Below, in pieces: positions 62,446-64,000 of a stretch of 64,000 nt of DNA. The notes beneath the pieces were generated by a model. That model saw nothing but the letters and a program-made list of their open reading frames with translations, was not told the DNA's origin and did no database searches. A program made the position numbers and the translations under genes. Positions within the stretch are counted from its first letter, which is position 1, and the number at the start of each line of letters is the position of its first letter. Location of the stretch: assembly GCA_963848305.1 (NCBI GenBank), contig CAWKDC010000001.1, forward strand, positions 640,001-704,000, given 5' to 3'. The DNA comes from an uncultured Gammaproteobacteria bacterium. Its GTDB lineage: Bacteria > Pseudomonadota > Gammaproteobacteria > JABCZS01.

Positions 62446-63780
62446 TTAAGCGTTGGATTTCGCTTTTTCCAAAGCGCGCAATTTCTGGGGTAGCTCTTTA
62501 TAGCTTAGCGCTTCTTCGGTTTCTTGCACGCGTTCAAGCAAATGATTTACGGCTTGCTCTTCTAGAATGATAGAAGCAAGCAAGTTGCGTAAACGAGGCG
62601 TCTTGTATATGTTATCAAGCTCACCTTTAGGATCGCGGGTACGGAACGCCATTTCCATAGCGGCGCGGTACATTTTGGCTTCATCCAGTTTGATTCCTTC
62701 TTGGCGAATGTATTGCCCCAAAATCAAACTTAATTTCACACGACGCTCAGCTTCTTCGGTGTGACCGCAAGCTGCGCCTTCTTCGTGTGCGTGATCATGC
62801 TGATGTTCATGGTGTAATGCAGCCACTTCTTGATCGATCAAGCCCTTGGGCACAGACAAATCACTGTGTTGCTTCAAAAGATATTGCAACAGTTCTTCTT
62901 TCATGAAGCTGTTCAACATGCGCTTGGCATTCTCATGCAAATTCTTTTCAACATCAGCACGCAATGCATCCACCGTGCCTGCTTCGACACGAGCCACTTC
63001 TTTGATGAATTTTTCATCGATTTCTGGCAGCTCAGGCGCTTCAACAGATAAAACATCCAAATCGAAGTGAGCAGTTTTGCCTGCTAATTCATCGCGGAAA
63101 TAGTCTTCAGGGAATGGCAAATCGAATGATAACTTACCGCCTGCGACAGCACCCACCAATGCATCTTCAAAGCCAGGAATGGCCTCTTTCGAGCCGATTT
63201 GCATGGACATTTGTGCATCTTTCTCAAAAAAATCGTTTTCGCCGCTGATTTTACCCGTCAGCTTGAAATGCACGCGCATCCCTTCTTTGGCAGCGCCTTC
63301 CACCGGTGTCCAGTTGGCAGCACGTGTGCGCAAACGTTCGATGGCTTCATCGATATCACCCGAGGCAACCACTACTTTAGGTTTGCTGAGCCCAATCGGG
63401 TTTAAGCCTTTTAAGGTCACTTCAGGATAAATGTCGAAAGTGACTGAAAATTTTAAAGGTTGACCTGCTTCTGCTTTTTCAATATCCAGCACAGGACGAC
63501 CGGCCAGGATTAATTTTTCATTTTCAACGGTTTGACGAATTGAATCGTCTGTCATTTTATTGATGACTTCATAACGCGCCTGATCCGTCACCCGTTTTTT
63601 GACGTCTCCACGCAGTATAGCCTTGCCTGGACGGAATCCATCAACCTTCAATGTTTTAGACAGTTTTTTGAGCTCTTGAGTGCAAGCTGCCTCAAATACC
63701 TCAGACGGCACTGTGACCAGCAGCTTTCTTTCATGGGGACCGATTTTTTGTAGGGACATTTCCATTGAGACAGAAGACAT
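62446..63780 (-). CDS. tig: Trigger factor
   Basis: GFRPGK ribosome-binding motif, FKBP domain IPGFED, FPEDY; start ATG 63780 because the longer ORF overlaps tRNA-Leu. Confidence 0.93.
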   Translation of the reverse strand: MSSVSMEMSLQKIGPHERKLLVTVPSEVFEAACTQELKKLSKTLKVDGFRPGKAILRGDVKKRVTDQARYEVINKMTDDSIRQTVENEKLILAGRPVLDIEKAEAGQPLKFSVTFDIYPEVTLKGLNPIGLSKPKVVVASGDIDEAIERLRTRAANWTPVEGAAKEGMRVHFKLTGKISGENDFFEKDAQMSMQIGSKEAIPGFEDALVGAVAGGKLSFDLPFPEDYFRDELAGKTAHFDLDVLSVEAPELPEIDEKFIKEVARVEAGTVDALRADVEKNLHENAKRMLNSFMKEELLQYLLKQHSDLSVPKGLIDQEVAALHHEHQHDHAHEEGAACGHTEEAERRVKLSLILGQYIRQEGIKLDEAKMYRAAMEMAFRTRDPKGELDNIYKTPRLRNLLASIILEEQAVNHLLERVQETEEALSYKELPQKLRALEKAKSNA

Positions 63781-63803
63781 AACACGTACCTCTTTGACAG
63801 TGA

Positions 63804-63888
63804 TGGTGCGAAAGGAGAGACTCGAACTCTCACGGGTTTCCCCACTGGAACCTAAATCCAGCGCGTATACCAATTTCGCCACTTTCGC
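63804..63888 (-). tRNA. tRNA-Leu (TAG)
   Basis: GCGAAAGTGGCGAAATTGG...TTTAGGT..., long variable arm, ends CCA. Confidence 0.96.
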
Positions 63889-63896
63889 TTAAAATA

Positions 63897-63973
63897 TGGG
63901 GTGAGCGATGGGATTTGAACCCACGACGACCGGAATCACAATCCGGGGCTCTACCAACTGAGCTACGCCCACC
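63897..63973 (-). tRNA. tRNA-His (GTG)
   Basis: GGTGGGCGTAGCTCAG...TTGTGAT...GGTTCAAATCC...CCCCA, includes G-1. Confidence 0.96.
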
Positions 63974-63989
63974 AAACTAGTTTCAAATT

Positions 63990-64000
63990 CGCGCCCGGCA
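63990..64000 (-). tRNA. Probable 3' end of an upstream tRNA (Arg-like), truncated by the window edge
   Basis: Minus strand TGCCGGGCGCG resembles an Arg acceptor stem in the Arg-His-Leu cluster; no encoded CCA follows. Confidence 0.4.

Noticed and set aside
63781-63882. N-terminal extension of trigger factor in the ORF track
   Set aside because: It runs through tRNA-Leu; an RBS-supported start lies at 63780.

Overview
Chromosomal window from a gammaproteobacterium, probably Legionellales/Coxiellales-like. This is inferred from an LbtU-type porin, effector-like orphan genes and the rpsF-rpsR-DUF2232-rplI-dnaB-alr gene order. The backbone is housekeeping: waaC, asd, rppH-ptsP, alr, dnaB, ribosomal proteins, rnr-rlmB, ptsO, ttcA, ahpC, opp ABC, ppiD, hupB, hemL, dksA, pcnB-folK, acnA, maeA, tig-clpP-clpX-lon, four complete tRNAs and one partial. 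Accessory inserts interrupt it. (1) An AT-rich ~9.5 kb block (2130-11680) holds a tripartite ABC exporter and a RiPP-like operon: a PqqD/RRE protein carrying its own lasso-leader-like tail (YxxPxL...LLLLDPIHDVD..GWP), an HprK-like kinase, three glycosyltransferases and an NTP_transf_5 nucleotidyltransferase, with no lasso cyclase or protease. This is the best candidate for an undescribed system. (2) A DUF4150(PAAR-like)-VasX/MIX-type toxin with a putative immunity gene. (3) A complete IS with 17-bp TIRs and a 9-bp TSD that splits an RDD gene. (4) Two tandem secreted Cys-rich paralogs, each preceded by a REP-like hairpin. (5) Effector-like orphan proteins with internal repeats. About a dozen reading-frame breaks hit conserved genes, and most fall on reconstructed GGNCC sites, suggesting methylation-linked long-read errors rather than true pseudogenes. 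All family calls come from motif recognition by eye; no searches were run.
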